A stretch of DNA of 59,091 nucleotides from Phoronis australis (taxonomy: Eukaryota; Animalia; Phoronida). The stretch is from positions 1 through 59,091 of the forward strand of contig NMRA01001079.1 of NCBI GenBank assembly GCA_002633005.1, given 5' to 3'. Below the pieces are notes generated by a model that did not search any database, was not told where the DNA came from, and saw only the letters and a program-made list of their open reading frames with translations. Of this stretch, positions 23,820 through 36,230 are shown piece after piece (within the stretch, counting starts at the first letter, position 1; each line of letters begins with the position of its first letter). Both the position numbers and the translations under genes were made by a program.

Positions 23820-24716
23820 GTCTTTAGTGCACAGCTCATAAAGAAACACGTAAAAATTGAAAAAAATAATAATTATGTACAACGTCATGGGTTGAACCCA
23901 AGTCGTTCGCCATACTGTTCGGATCAGAGACAAAGTGTATAGAGCGAAGAGAAAGCAAAGTACATTTAGCGTCGAGAAGGTTCGTAGAGGGATCAAAAGA
24001 TGTGTTTTCGGAGGCTGCAGCAACAGCAGCCAGGCGGAAAACGTCTCGGTGTTCCGAAGGGCACCAAAGTTGCGCAGAAGTGGCATGGCTTCGTGCGCCG
24101 AACGAGAGTGTGGGACGTCATCGTGGACCAAGCGATTCGGTCCGGGGCCACTCTGTGTTCTGACCACTTTGAGGACTCGTGTTTCGACTCCAGTCACAGG
24201 AGACGTTACGATGAAGGCCTGGTTCAATAAAGGACAATATTTATCATTCAGAAACTTCAGCTCTTAATTCAGGATCGTCTGCTGGATGACTGGGTTGACT
24301 CGCCGAGCCTGAGGCCGCTTCTCTCGCGGGAGGATCCAGTTCATAAGGCTCAAAGTAGAAACGTATGCAGCCGGAAGCACATTAAACTTGTTCTCGCTTT
24401 CGTGCAGCCCCATTTCCTCATCCTGGCCACCATTCCCGCACGTTTCTTCATAGTATTCGTTCAATTCTTGCTCATAATCGTCGTCACTTTCAAATTCCCT
24501 GGTCTCCGCCATTGTTGAATGCTAGTCTCTGATCTCTTGTGTTCAACCCATGACGTCACATGGCGAGAAATGTGAAAATTGGCAAAATTGAAAGAAAAAT
24601 CAAAGTTTCGAGCTAATTACACAAAATAAACATGGGTTTAGCTAAATTTTTTGTCATACATTTAGTCTGTGGCCACCGGTAATTCAAAATGTGCAAAAAT
24701 CCATGGTGTGTACTGT
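23820..24716. mobile_element. Internally deleted Kolobok-like element with convergent THAP (+) and acidic/FEP (-) ORF starts
   Basis: RCVFGGCSN..(frameshift)..PK..AQKW..FVRRTR..LCSDHFEDSCF on +; MAETREFESDDDYE..(frameshift)YFEPYELDP on -. 16-bp inverted repeat at 23882-23897 / 24541-24556. Right end ACTGT|TTAA; left end uncertain. Confidence 0.6.
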
Positions 24717-25480
24717 TTAAACAAACGAGATGTCAGAAAAATAAATTTGAAGAATAAAATAACTGACTGCTACAGACGAGCGTGATAATGTTTATAAATC
24801 CCAAAGGGCTTAGTTTAGAATTCATAATTAACATCTCTCGTTGGCGGATTCAGGGATGTTTTAACGAATCCTTGCCTTTGCCCAATAACTTCCACGTTCT
24901 TTTGACTTCCGTCTAAGGCCTAGTCTAGAATGCACATTCAAAGTATATACGTATACTAGAATACATTGGAAGCTTTCTAGTCAACAACTGTAGGTTAAAC
25001 AGAGTATAATTTTGTAGGCCAGTATGTTCATTCGTTTATCGTTACCAGGCGGTGGGCAAGGGAGATGAGCCGTCCTCCCCTATCGACTGCATAAGTAACC
25101 AGCTGGCGCTGTGTGTCGCGTGCGCATCTCGGAATATTTAATCTATGGTTTGCACACGTGCAGAAACGTTCACATCCGAAAGGTAAATTGAAGTTACGAA
25201 AATTGCTGAGTTATTCCTGGTGAGGTTATCCCGGATCAGAATCAGAAATAAAAAACAGGTCTGTCACACACAAAAACTGACAGTCATTAACGCGGTCCTA
25301 TTTTAATTGACACGTGCGTGGCTTCAAACTCCTCATTTTTAACTCTCAGCTAGATTCTATGACGGTTTGAGCAAATTTTTAGTATTCTGATGTTCAACAT
25401 ATATGCACCTCACTTTTTTTTTATTCTTTTCAGTTAATTAACACAAGTCAACAAACTTCGTAAGAATAAGCAGCTGCATC

Positions 25481-25765
25481 ATGGGTAAAAGGACTTCATT
25501 CCAAAGGTTGGAGAAAGCCATCTCTATTCCAGTTTACGTTATATTGACGAGTTCGGCAATCATAATTTTGATTTTGGATGAAATTGACTCGTGTAAACGG
25601 TCGCGATACTATAGGTGGGACACAGGAATGGTGATGATCATTATAGCCTTGTGTTTACTCAAAATGATTATTGTATTGTTGTACAGCGCAAGGAAATGTG
25701 CGAAGTTTAATGCTACCAGAAGAGAAAGTGTGAATGATAAAGATGTCAAGTTGCTTATAGTATGA
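25481..25765 (+). CDS. Candidate small host membrane protein (94 aa, two hydrophobic segments)
   Basis: ATG-initiated ORF downstream of a strong acceptor (CTCAC..T-tract..CAG, 25433), with a possible donor at 25183. No repeat homology in this window and no family recognised. Confidence 0.4.
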   Translation: MGKRTSFQRLEKAISIPVYVILTSSAIIILILDEIDSCKRSRYYRWDTGMVMIIIALCLLKMIIVLLYSARKCAKFNATRRESVNDKDVKLLIV

Positions 25766-26423
25766 ATTATCGCCGTAATTCGGGTAAAACTAATCACCCT
25801 TTATTGTATTCATCAACATGATCTTAGAAATTAGCCGTTAGTTCATTTATAAAATTGTCCAGCGATACTCTCTTTGTCCCGGAGGTAAGAAAACGCGTTG
25901 TTTTCACTGTCTTCGTTTGGAATGTCAGGCCTATTTGCACAGGTCATGTCGGAGACCCACTAAGTACGCTATGGCCGTGGAAATATGTTCGATTTCAACC
26001 GATGGACCGGAATTTATTATATCTTCAAAGTGGATTCTTCTCGGTACAAAATGAACAAAATGACGAAAGTACTTTATCCACTCCTCCACATTTAGATGTC
26101 TTTGATTGATGTCTGAATATTTTAAACCTTATCCCGTCGGAGATGGAGACCGCAGCATAGCTGTAATACTTCGTTGGCAATGGAAAGACGAATAGAATAA
26201 TGCAGCTGTGAAAATTTGTACAGGGACATGCGGAAATTTAATGACACCATACAACAGTGCTTGGCAGATATTTTGGTAAATGTGAGCGTCGTTGTTTAAT
26301 CCGACCTTAATCAGCTCGGCTAAAGTTCACTGGAGGCAGATTCCCTAGTTCAGCTGTAGCTACATGTATCCAACTGCAATTATCCTTATAGGGCGGGGCT
26401 AACTTGTACGATAATTGTCTTAA

Positions 26424-28340
26424 AGGATAATGCCACCCGATTTAATTAGTCTTTTTTTACCGTCTTAATCGGTCTATATCCACGTCACCACGCATGCGAT
26501 CGATCTTACCTCGCCGAGAAGTGTCGTGTTATTGCTTGAGGAAGGTGAGAAACGACACAGCGACGTCAGTGGTTCTTCTGCAGTGTGAGCGCCGCTATTG
26601 TGTGGTGTATCGTTCTCGCTTTTGCGCAAAAGCGGGTACATCGTTTTCTCCATGCTTTGGAAGTGGCTTGCGGTAGTGAAGAATGAAAAGTACACCGTTA
26701 ATACATGTACCAAGTATGAGGCCGTGGAATTTCTCGGTGTCTATCAGTGGCCTGCATTTCGTCGCATCGGTTGCTTATCGGTTTTCGATTGTGGAGAATT
26801 ATAGTTGGCCATGAAAGCATCAACAATTACAATTAACTCAAGGCGTGAGAACATAACAATTTATATAACCTGTGTGTGAGTCTTCTGTTTGGTCCTTTGG
26901 GTGTAGGATGTTTTCGCAAGGTCTTTTTCTCAGCCCTAAAAACGCCATAAGCACACCCCTGTTTAGATGCGGTGCAAAATCAGGATGGTCCGTCAAAAAC
27001 TTCTGCTCATCTCCAAGAAGGCGTTTCACTTGAGGAATTTCGTGGAAGCAAACGCAAGCGTCAATCCACCTTTCCGTTATCGTTCAGTAAGCTCACTGAC
27101 ACCATGGCAAGTCATCCAAACGGTTTTCGGAATTATCCATATGTTCCGTTGTCTGTGTACGTTCACGGAGCCTCTCTATTATTTCTTGATCAGTGTATTC
27201 CGGTTCTAACTGATAGCCTGTGAAACCTAACGATCGACTTGAGAAGTCTTCGTCGGATGAGCACTCGTCTAAGTCGGGATTGCGAGTTGACGTTTAATGT
27301 GCGCTCTGCAGTTCAAAATGAATTATTCTCACCTTAACTAATGCTTAAATAAAACTGAAACAAAGTCTGTCTCATTAGATTCAATTTGTAATGCCTTGGA
27401 GTGAGTGCAAATGTTTTGAGAAGCCACCACTGAATAAATTACTGATTTACCCGGCTTTAGATGTAATAAACTAATTGACCGTGTACCGAGGCCGTGTGAG
27501 CGCATGCTGATCCAGTGTTTGTTGACAGCAAGCTGTTGTGAAACAAAATTATTCGATTTATACCCTCTGGTCAGGTGTTAGGGGAATCTTTATTCAGATA
27601 TTCATGAACATTATTCGAATCATTGTAACTGTACAACTTTTGCCCTGACGGTTCTGTGGAAGGGTAAGCTGACTTCGCTACCCTCGATGTTCTAGTGAGT
27701 ACATTTGCAGTTTCGCGGTTAATTCACCAAGATAATCGCATGCACATTTTTTTCCTTTGGCTTACTAGTATAGTATAGTTTAGTTTCCAACTTTGGCTGG
27801 TTTATGTTCGTGATGTCTTCAGTCCGGTCGCGAAGGGCCTGATCGGGTTCCGAGCCACTGGCCAGGATAGCAAGCGTTATGTGCGTTTAAAACTGAAAAA
27901 TCGCGTTTGAAAGTACAACACACAGCTATTTTCTCTGGCCTGTATCTCACGGACGAATAACTTGAACTTGTCACCGAACAGACCCCAAACTCCCGCGACT
28001 TACCTTCTGAGCTGGCTACGGTATGTTCAAATACCTTAAAATCCGTAACAGCGAAATAAAATAACACGTTTGTTCAATAACTCGGTGTATTTGTAAGGGT
28101 TTTACATGGACGTTTATGATTTATTGATGTAAAACGATGAATTCAACCGATAAGCTGACACCAGTAAGCGTGATGTGAACTGCTGAACAGACTGCATTCG
28201 AACCTCTAACGCCATTGCTTAATTACAACACCTCCGCTTACCGCCAGGTGTCAGGTAAAAGAGCTGTACTTGTTGTTATAGAGTGGAACTACTCGATCTA
28301 AATTAATACAAACTAGGTTGTTTTTGGGTGGCATTCTCCT
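26424..28340 (-). mobile_element. Complete-ended Kolobok-like non-autonomous element (family X), 1917 bp
   Basis: TTAA|AGGATAATGCCACCC ... GGGTGGCATTCTCCT|TTAA (15-bp TIR, one mismatch, RR..YY termini). Confidence 0.85.
26870..27270 (-). pseudogene. P2X7 C-terminal ballast-like (cysteine-rich) domain remnant
   Basis: GYQLEPEYTDQE..RLDDLPWCQ*AY*..CVCFHEIPQV..FLTDHPDFAPHLNRGVL resembles the PY.FEP..WC.C..C..E..CC.E..CIT.H..F...LN..VL signature. Confidence 0.7.
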
Positions 28341-30663
28341 TTAATTTAAGGAGCGAAATGGTTGTCTTACTCGTGTTTGAGGCATCTATGAAACTCCGGA
28401 CCTGTGAGTTGTTCACTTGTGAAAGGTCTTACGTTGGCGCGTTAATCTAGGGCTGCATGTGCATTCATGAATTAACGCGTTATCTCTTTGTACTAAATGT
28501 GTTTTGCGTGTGGCTTGTCAGAACTATACATGTATGGCAATATTTATTACCACTGCTCTAAACCTCTAAATTTTGACGTTCTAAGTATTATTATTCTTTG
28601 TTTTTGATAAATTTTCCCGGTGCTTTAATCCAAAGGAGTCACTAAATTCAATTTCCAATAACCCGCTAAAATCAGTGTTAGTGAACTTCAAACTGACGTA
28701 GTGACAATGAATTCTGAGTTATAGTTTCTTCTTGCTGGTTATTTTGCGGTGCATCAGGTTTTCAAGATTGGTTCATAAAAGAGAATTCATGCCATTCAGA
28801 GAGAAAGCAATCTTACATGTAGTTCTCTGGTGATATCTGAAGTGAAACATTCGTCGCAACACATCACTAGCATGTCACTTCTGTTGTTCTGTGGGACCAT
28901 TTCTCATTATGTTAAATCATATCCCATTGTAATGCACCAGCTAGACAGTAACAGAAGCGAATTGCACTGCGTCTGGCAGAATCTGAATCAAGTTCACGCC
29001 ATATTTAATGTTAATGCACGAGTCTTTTTAATCAACTCGCTTTCGGAATTCTTGACGTCATCTTGTAAATGTGCATGTTCATTCTGCCAGGAATCGTTTG
29101 CCTAACGCGCTAACTCGGAGTACAAACCGAACGCGTTAGCAACTGACAGACTTGGAATCCCATAAGTAACGGATTGAAGGCGCAGCTATTCGTGTGGATC
29201 AACATGCTAGTACTGCAAGCTGTGATCAAGGATTTGTTTCATGAAGAAAGTCTTAAAGTGACGTGGAATCTAATAAATTGTCGATGTTGTGTCATTGATT
29301 ACAGTGTTTCTATGACATTTAATTTGATGCCAGTGTGTTGAGCATACCAAGAATTGTACGATGACAATTGGCTTACCTCAATATCCAGCTGCTGCCTGGT
29401 AGTTTGGCAATTGGCCCAATTATGTTGCACACCCAGCCAAATTAACGAGAAACATATTATTGCAACATTCCTTGTCCAATTTTCAAAATTCAAAAAGTTA
29501 ATCACGTGTGCTTTTCACGAATTATTCAAATATGCTATTTACACACTGTCAAAACGATAACAGCGCCACATTGGAGTGATTAAATCAACCAAAACATCAT
29601 GATGTCTTTGATCTAAGCCGGCAGATTCTAAGGTGCTCAAACCGGTCGATTTGCCCAATCTCGACCGGTTAGGGTGTTAACGTAGGATTCTTTTCATGGC
29701 TTGTAAAATTTCGGAATGTCCATGTAGTTTCATGTGTACATGTACGTCTCTTTGAGTCGATTTTAAAACACGACCAGTCAAGCGCTCGTCAGATGGCAGA
29801 TTATGTACAAAGATGTATTATCTTTATTTGGAAATGTGACATCTTGACCAGGGTGCTTGACCCTTAGGTGAATGAAAATATAGCTATTTCGTCAAAAGAC
29901 TTATACCTTGCTTTTTGTCAAAAACAAGTTCTGATGCAAGACACTTGCTGTTATAAAATTGGTCATTTTCCCAGTTGTCAAGGAGCACGGATTTAAGGGG
30001 TTCGACACAGTTTTAATTTATCGTTGATCGTCATTTAACTGCAGCCAACACGGTTCTACACGGCATGGAACATATGTTACTTACTGAGAGTTGTGGATCA
30101 CTGCTCGGCCACAAGGAAATGACCTGCATGTATGTTGTCAGTGGGGAGTATCAACAACTCATTTTGGACACATGGAGGCTTTCAAAACAATCTGTTATTG
30201 TTTGCCGCGCGTTGTAAACCAAGGGCTGGTTCCCTGACGGCTTTGGAAATCATACAGGGAATTTGAAGGAAAGCTAATCTTTGCTTTATTATTGTTTCTG
30301 TGCGTGCATGGATGTTGTTACAACATCAAATATGTAACGAATACATATACACATACAAAAGGTTACGTCAACCAAAAAGTTCAGTCTTATTTCTACACAA
30401 AGCTCCACAAATGAGGTAGTTTTGATAATAAACTAAACAGAATCCCCCAGCACTCTGACGGATAAACATCTTGCTAACATGTTTGGGTTGGTGCAATAAA
30501 GTCGCGTTTTTGTGAAACCTTTGTCGGTGTTTAATATGACGTCAAAAAACATTGCCTGTAATTTTTTTACTTATGCAATGGATTTGCACTGCACTTTGTC
30601 TCGATTTCGACAACGGGAATGAAGCAAAACCTGTCGAGCCTTTTCGACATTTAGCCAGATTTG

Positions 30664-31175
30664 TGTTGTGTATTGGCAATGCTACTTGTGAATATAGTCA
30701 CGTGGTATTTATGCCCACAAGCCACGTGCTCGTCCCCTCTTGCATTAGTTCTCCAAGTGAATAGACGTATTATATTTTACTCTCATCTGTGTTGTTTTAC
30801 TGGTTCTACGAACACAACATTTTGGCGACGAGGATAAAAATGGAAGATCTTGCGATTAAACCATTTATTGTTCATCCCACGGAGTCGGCTGGTTCCCGTT
30901 GGGAATTGTGGATTAAGCGACTTGACAATTATTTGGTGGCAAAGAACATTACTTAGGATCCGCGCAAGAAAGCCACGCTTCTGCACTATGCGGGGGAGGA
31001 AGTCTTTGTCATAAATGATTCTCTTCCTACGGAAGAAAATGAGACTTACGACCAATTGAAAAAGAAACTTTCGGACCATTTTTTGCCGAAGCGGAATACA
31101 GAATATGAAGTTTACAAATTCCGACAAGCCACCCAAACCACGTCGGAGACGTTAGACATGTTTTGCGTGACCCGG
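30664..31175 (+). mobile_element. Gypsy/Ty3 (Mag-like) LTR retrotransposon 5' remnant: 156-bp LTR, PBS, gag start
   Basis: LTR TGTTGTGT..ACACAACA at 30664-30819; PBS TGGCGACGAGGA at 30823-30834; gag from ATG 30840 reads RWELWIKRLDNYLVAKNIT*DPRKKATLLHYAG..LSDHFLPKRNTEYEVYKFRQATQ. Confidence 0.9.
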
Positions 31176-31565
31176 TTGACATACTTCGTGGGTATCGCGC
31201 GCCGTGAAAAAGTTAACGTCAACAAAAAAAGAAGAGTCAGTTGGAATTCTTCGTCAAAGTCAACTTAATTCTCACAAATAAGCTTCATCGAAGATATGTA
31301 AAGAAGTACAAAGGACCAATGATAAAAGTAAGAGCTTTTTTAGTTTTAAGTGTGGAATGTATTTTTGACGTGGTGAAAACTCAAAATCGGAGGCCGGATT
31401 TGGCCTACCGCCCGTTTAAATTACATGTAACGAAATGCGTACAGAAAGCGAATGGAAGTATTGCAGCCCCTAAATGGCCTACCGGGGGACTACGTGTTGC
31501 CTAATAGCCTATTTCTCACTGACTTCTGGCATCTTCGTACGTCGTTTGAATGTGATCATCATGTT

Positions 31566-31595
31566 CACCACCACCACCACCACCACCCCCACCAC
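31566..31595. repeat. (CAC)n microsatellite
   Basis: Direct read. Confidence 0.9.
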
Positions 31596-32186
31596 CTATT
31601 AAGGCCTTTTCAGTTAGTGTCGCCCAAGTGTTCTCCTGGGAGCACTTTCATTCTATTTGTGATAGTGTGGGTTGTGGTCAGCAACCACTTCAGATAGGGA
31701 GTGAGGCTGATTCATATGTGACATTGGAAACACATGTATAACCAGGATAAATAGGTTAGAAATTACAGTGCCAAGACAGCACCAAAATACCCCTCCAACA
31801 CATTAAAGCTCATTCAGAGAAAAGTAAGATATGCATGTACTCGGGGTACCTACAGATAAGTTTACTTAACATCAACTGACTGTGCAATCACTATTTGGTA
31901 ATTCATTTTGTGTTTTGTCAGTGCCTGTTCCATAAGATTTTATCACCTAGGGTAATTGATATATTTTCTATAGTTAATAGATCTAAGACAACAAAAAGTT
32001 AAATATGCCAAGGTGTAACCAACAGTTTGCCTCCGTGAATCTTAATCCTTTCTCAACGCGATCATATCACACACACACACACAGAAGAGGATCAGATGAT
32101 GGCAAAAAGTAACGCAAAATGAGGTCTTCGCTATGATGACAGGAAATGCCATTCCTCACTAAGTCTAGATTAGCTTTAAAATCGTA

Positions 32187-32436
32187 ATACGATGAATGTT
32201 TTCAGTCATCCAGTTGGGTCAGTATAAGAAACAATAAAAAATCTACTACTGGACTTACGCTATGTAGAGATGGCTACGTTGCGTCCTCCTCTCGAGGACT
32301 TCATCAGGCCACTGAGTTGTCACGTGACTTGTCATGTGATCCGTCGCGCAGTTTCCGCGATGAAGTCCTCGAGAGGAGGACGCAACGTAGCCATCTCTAC
32401 ATAGCGTAAGTCCAGTAGTAGATTTATTTATTGTTT
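32187..32436 (-). mobile_element. Penelope-derived mini insertion (pLTR plus inverted partial copy)
   Basis: About 80-bp inverted arms at 32226-32305 / 32359-32439; 13-bp direct repeat CTTTAAAATCGTA at 32174-32186 and 32437-32449; homologous to 6205-6360. Confidence 0.85.
32271..32311 (-). ncRNA. Minimal type I hammerhead-like ribozyme motif (GCAA variant)
   Basis: UGGC-CUGAUGA-A-GUCCUC gagag GAGGAC-GCAA-C-GUA-GCCA. Confidence 0.7.
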
Positions 32437-34539
32437 CTTTAAAATCGTACTTCTGTTTAATTCTCATAACAGCAAATCAAAGTATCTCTTGGCCTTAAAG
32501 GTGGCAATCGCAGGTGGTCATCTGGTTGCTTCCTACTCTTTTATTTTAGAATCTGTTGCAGATAATATCCCTAGAATCTGAAAATCTGCATTTGTCTGAA
32601 AAAAGTTGAACTGTGAAGTTTCTCAAGAGCTTTCCAAAAAGAAAACAATTTGGGTATTGAAAAGGTTCATTTTACTAATAAAATCAAAACGCACTAAACA
32701 GACAGGAAAGGTCAAAATTCCAAAACCATTAACCTACTAAACGTCTTATCAACTGATGATTAATGAGAACAAAAAATAATAATGTACAGGCGACATTTAA
32801 AAACCTTGTTGTTGCAGAAAAAGAAGAATACTCCACTCTATATGAAACGTGAACAAATCAGATTATTCAAGCTTAAAAATTAGCTCCTCAGTTATTCGGA
32901 CGTAAAGTCATTTATAGAGACCAGAATTTGCATTTTCATCAAACTTGTGCAGTACCAGCTTACTGTAGTTTTGTCATAATTTTATATTTATTTGAGTTTG
33001 TTTTGGTCCATTGGTCTGCATATCATTCATTGCTCAAAAATCACTCGGACTGTCTGTTGCTGCAAGGAATGACATAGTTTTCAAATTAGCAAAAGTTACA
33101 GTGAACATTGTTCTTGGTCATCACTCTGATCTTTGATTTCGAATAATACATTCTGATTGCAGTCACTGTGTAGCTCAATTTTAGCCAATGTGTTATTTTT
33201 TTCAAGTTGCTTTGTTTTTTACAGAAAACATTTATGAAGTTTACTCATTTCATCAGTTTACCCGACATTTTACTGTGTTGTCGTACAGGGAGTATGGATA
33301 AAAATATGATTGTACTTGCTTTCTAAATCAAGTAAGACTTTAATCAAACTTGAGCAAATGTTGACAGATTAGTGTATGTACCTCATGAACGCGAACACAA
33401 TGTGGGTTTTTATTGTACAAAGATAAAACTCTAGGTGGTTTGTACAGAAAAATACTTGTGTTCGGTATGATATATTAAAAGCTTCTTGTGTGATAGTGTG
33501 CTTGGACTTTCCACGAGTCCTGATTTGATTTGTATGTTTTGAAATGTATCCGTTCACATTGTGTAATGCTTTGTTTAACGTTTTTACATGGAGACTGTTT
33601 TCACACAGATGACCAAAAAACAAATAAAGACCAAAATTCACCACGTCAAGACTGAAAATTTATCACATCAGCACCTATAATTTATCAAGTGAGGACCAAA
33701 AATTCTTCACTTCAGGATCAAAATAAAATACGACCGAACTGAAAATTTAATAAGTCATGTTCAAAAACTTACTACGTCAGTAACTTTACACGCCAGAATA
33801 CCACGTCACCATCCCCAAGCATTGATCTTTCAAAGTGATAATGTCCGTACTATAGGCCTACGTATAAACAAGGGCTAAATGTTCAACCTCTTGCCGACGA
33901 GACATATTATCTTGGAAATGCGGTTGAATTTCTTTCGTCTAATCCACGTTTTACAATAGATGCCAATGTACATGTATAGTTACACACTGGATTGTCACCA
34001 TTGCATAATGGGTGATCACGTAGTCTCCGGGCATGAAAACAATTCTCTCCTGGCGTGATAGTTTTCTGACGAAATAAATCCTGGTTGCCAATTGTTTTTG
34101 ATTCTAAAGAGATTTCAATTCCTGAATAGAAAACGAGTGTTATGAATTTTTCCGCTTCAGCTTTCCATTCAGCTAACTATAGTGCAGAGCACAGTGTTTA
34201 TAATATGCCGTAGCGGCTCCACTGCAACGAATCACTTCTGGTACAGCCTTCCGTATATGACGTTCGTATTTTGCACGTTTCTTCGGGGTAACAGTTTTCC
34301 AAGAGCTATATATTCATTGGACAAGTTTCTCTTTGGTATTCGGTTTTATTTTCTTTCTCAGGTAGTCCTTGAGCTCATGCTCTGAATGTTTTGAAAACGC
34401 AACTCTTTCTTTACGCAGATACCGTTTTCTGCCCGTGGGCACCGATTCGCTGAATTCATCAACCAAACATTTATTTTTGAAAATGCCCTCAAAAGTGTAC
34501 TTTTTAAAACACCGTGTTGACCATAGTCGTCAGTGTAGA

Positions 34540-35610
34540 AAGCGAAATGAGCAAATTTGTGCACACTGCTCAAAGCACTTTTGTGGACGTACGGAAACGC
34601 CAACGTCTCTGTCTTACAACGCTGCGTGTGCTTGGCATTTCTGATAAAGCGCTCTCATGCTGTAAACTTTTTTTAAGACTGAGCACCGTTTCAAAAAAAT
34701 TGTATTTTTTTACAGCTGAGCACAGAAGAATTATTCTGCGATTTTAGAACTGAAACGGAATCAAATCTCGAGTGGTGGCTCATTAGAATGGGCAAAACTC
34801 GGGGAGGGGGGTGGGGTGTTGGTGGCGATACAAGCATGATTTTTTATTTTCTCGACAAACATGTAGTTGCCACTTCTCATTCAACGTCACTTGCTATCTA
34901 AGGTGGCCAGATCATACGCTATAAATATCACCAGACGCTTTGCTTCTCAAAAGTGCATCTTGATGTATTTTCTATTATTTTTTGCCATCGCTATCGCTTT
35001 ACCAAAGATTCACGCACATATGTTGCGTAGAGACGAATACCTCTTCACCACGTATTCACATGTTCCCGTTCACAATTGTTTTATTTTACATAATTTGTCA
35101 ATATGTTGTTGACAGAAAATGTTTATTTTTGGAACAACGTGAACGACCAACTGATAGGGGCCTACGTGTACATGTAACTAGCCCCGGCCAGATTTTAACG
35201 TCACCGATACATGAAAACGGGATGCGCAAAGCTACAATTGGCTGTAGCCTCAACAGTGGTCATTCCGTGTTTGATGTCACCGTCTTAGTTCGTGGAAATC
35301 GTAACCATAGTACGATTTCGAAGTTAGAGCCATCGAAGTCCGTGGGTTTAGTACATACTGGACCGTGAATTTCGCGTCTGTACTGCAAGGGTCAATACTA
35401 TGAAAATAAAATCCCCGGAGTGAGAGCTCTTCGCGGTGTAACAAGTAACTCACTAATCCATCATCATGGGCGCGTGATAGGAGACCGGTGAATAGCTTAA
35501 AAAACGCAAAACTGAAATCAATTGTGGGCGAAGACTGCGAAAAATAGCCTCGTTTACAAAATGACTTCAGCGTCGTATTGACCGGGAAGCAACCAATCTA
35601 ATACAACTTG
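34540..35610 (-). mobile_element. Family Z repeat, second copy
   Basis: Inverted homology to 15423-16630, without the 15781-15972 MITE. Confidence 0.8.
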
Positions 35611-36006
35611 TTAAAGTCCTTCTTGCAAACTGCCCATGTGGTTCCAGTATCCGAAAATACTTACTACATAAAATCTTATTTTCGACACCCTTTCTTTATA
35701 TTCTTTTCGCCTTTCTTGCCAAAAGCGATTTTTCAACCGTATTTGACCCTTTTGTCTGAGCGTATGATTACTGGTTGTCATCGGTTATTTCCGTACCCAC
35801 ATTTCCGGCTCATCAATTCAGGAACTTGTCCTGAACGCCGCCATTTTTTTCCTTGTGATTGAATGAGCTATCGCTTCTTCAAAAAATCTTCGTTATTTTG
35901 TTTCATTAGTAATATCTCGTGATTCATTTGTATTTATAGTGTATTTATAGTTTGTAGTTAGTGATCGTTGAATTTTTTATGGATATTACGAGTTGTTTTC
36001 TATAAA

Positions 36007-36230
36007 ATGGTGAATCGTTGTGTTGTCTTCGGTTGCGGCAACACGCATCGAACCGGGCATGGTTTGCATTGGTTCCCTAAAGACCCAGATATCAATCGTC
36101 TGTGGAATAGGTTTGTCGCGACAACGAGGAAAGACTGGATACAAAACTCAAAGTACAGTGTGATCTGTAGTGCCCACTTTGATCCGTCTATGAACGAGGA
36201 TGAAGGTGTCCTTGAAAGTTTCAAAACCAG
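36007..36230 (+). CDS. THAP zinc-finger domain, first exon
   Basis: MVNRCVVFGCGN..LHWFPKDP..LWNRFV..TRKDW..VICSAHF (C2CH signature with conserved P, W, F); ends at donor CAG|GTAGGC. Confidence 0.8.

Noticed and set aside
31452-31697. His-rich ORF
   Set aside because: The His run derives from a (CAC)n microsatellite.
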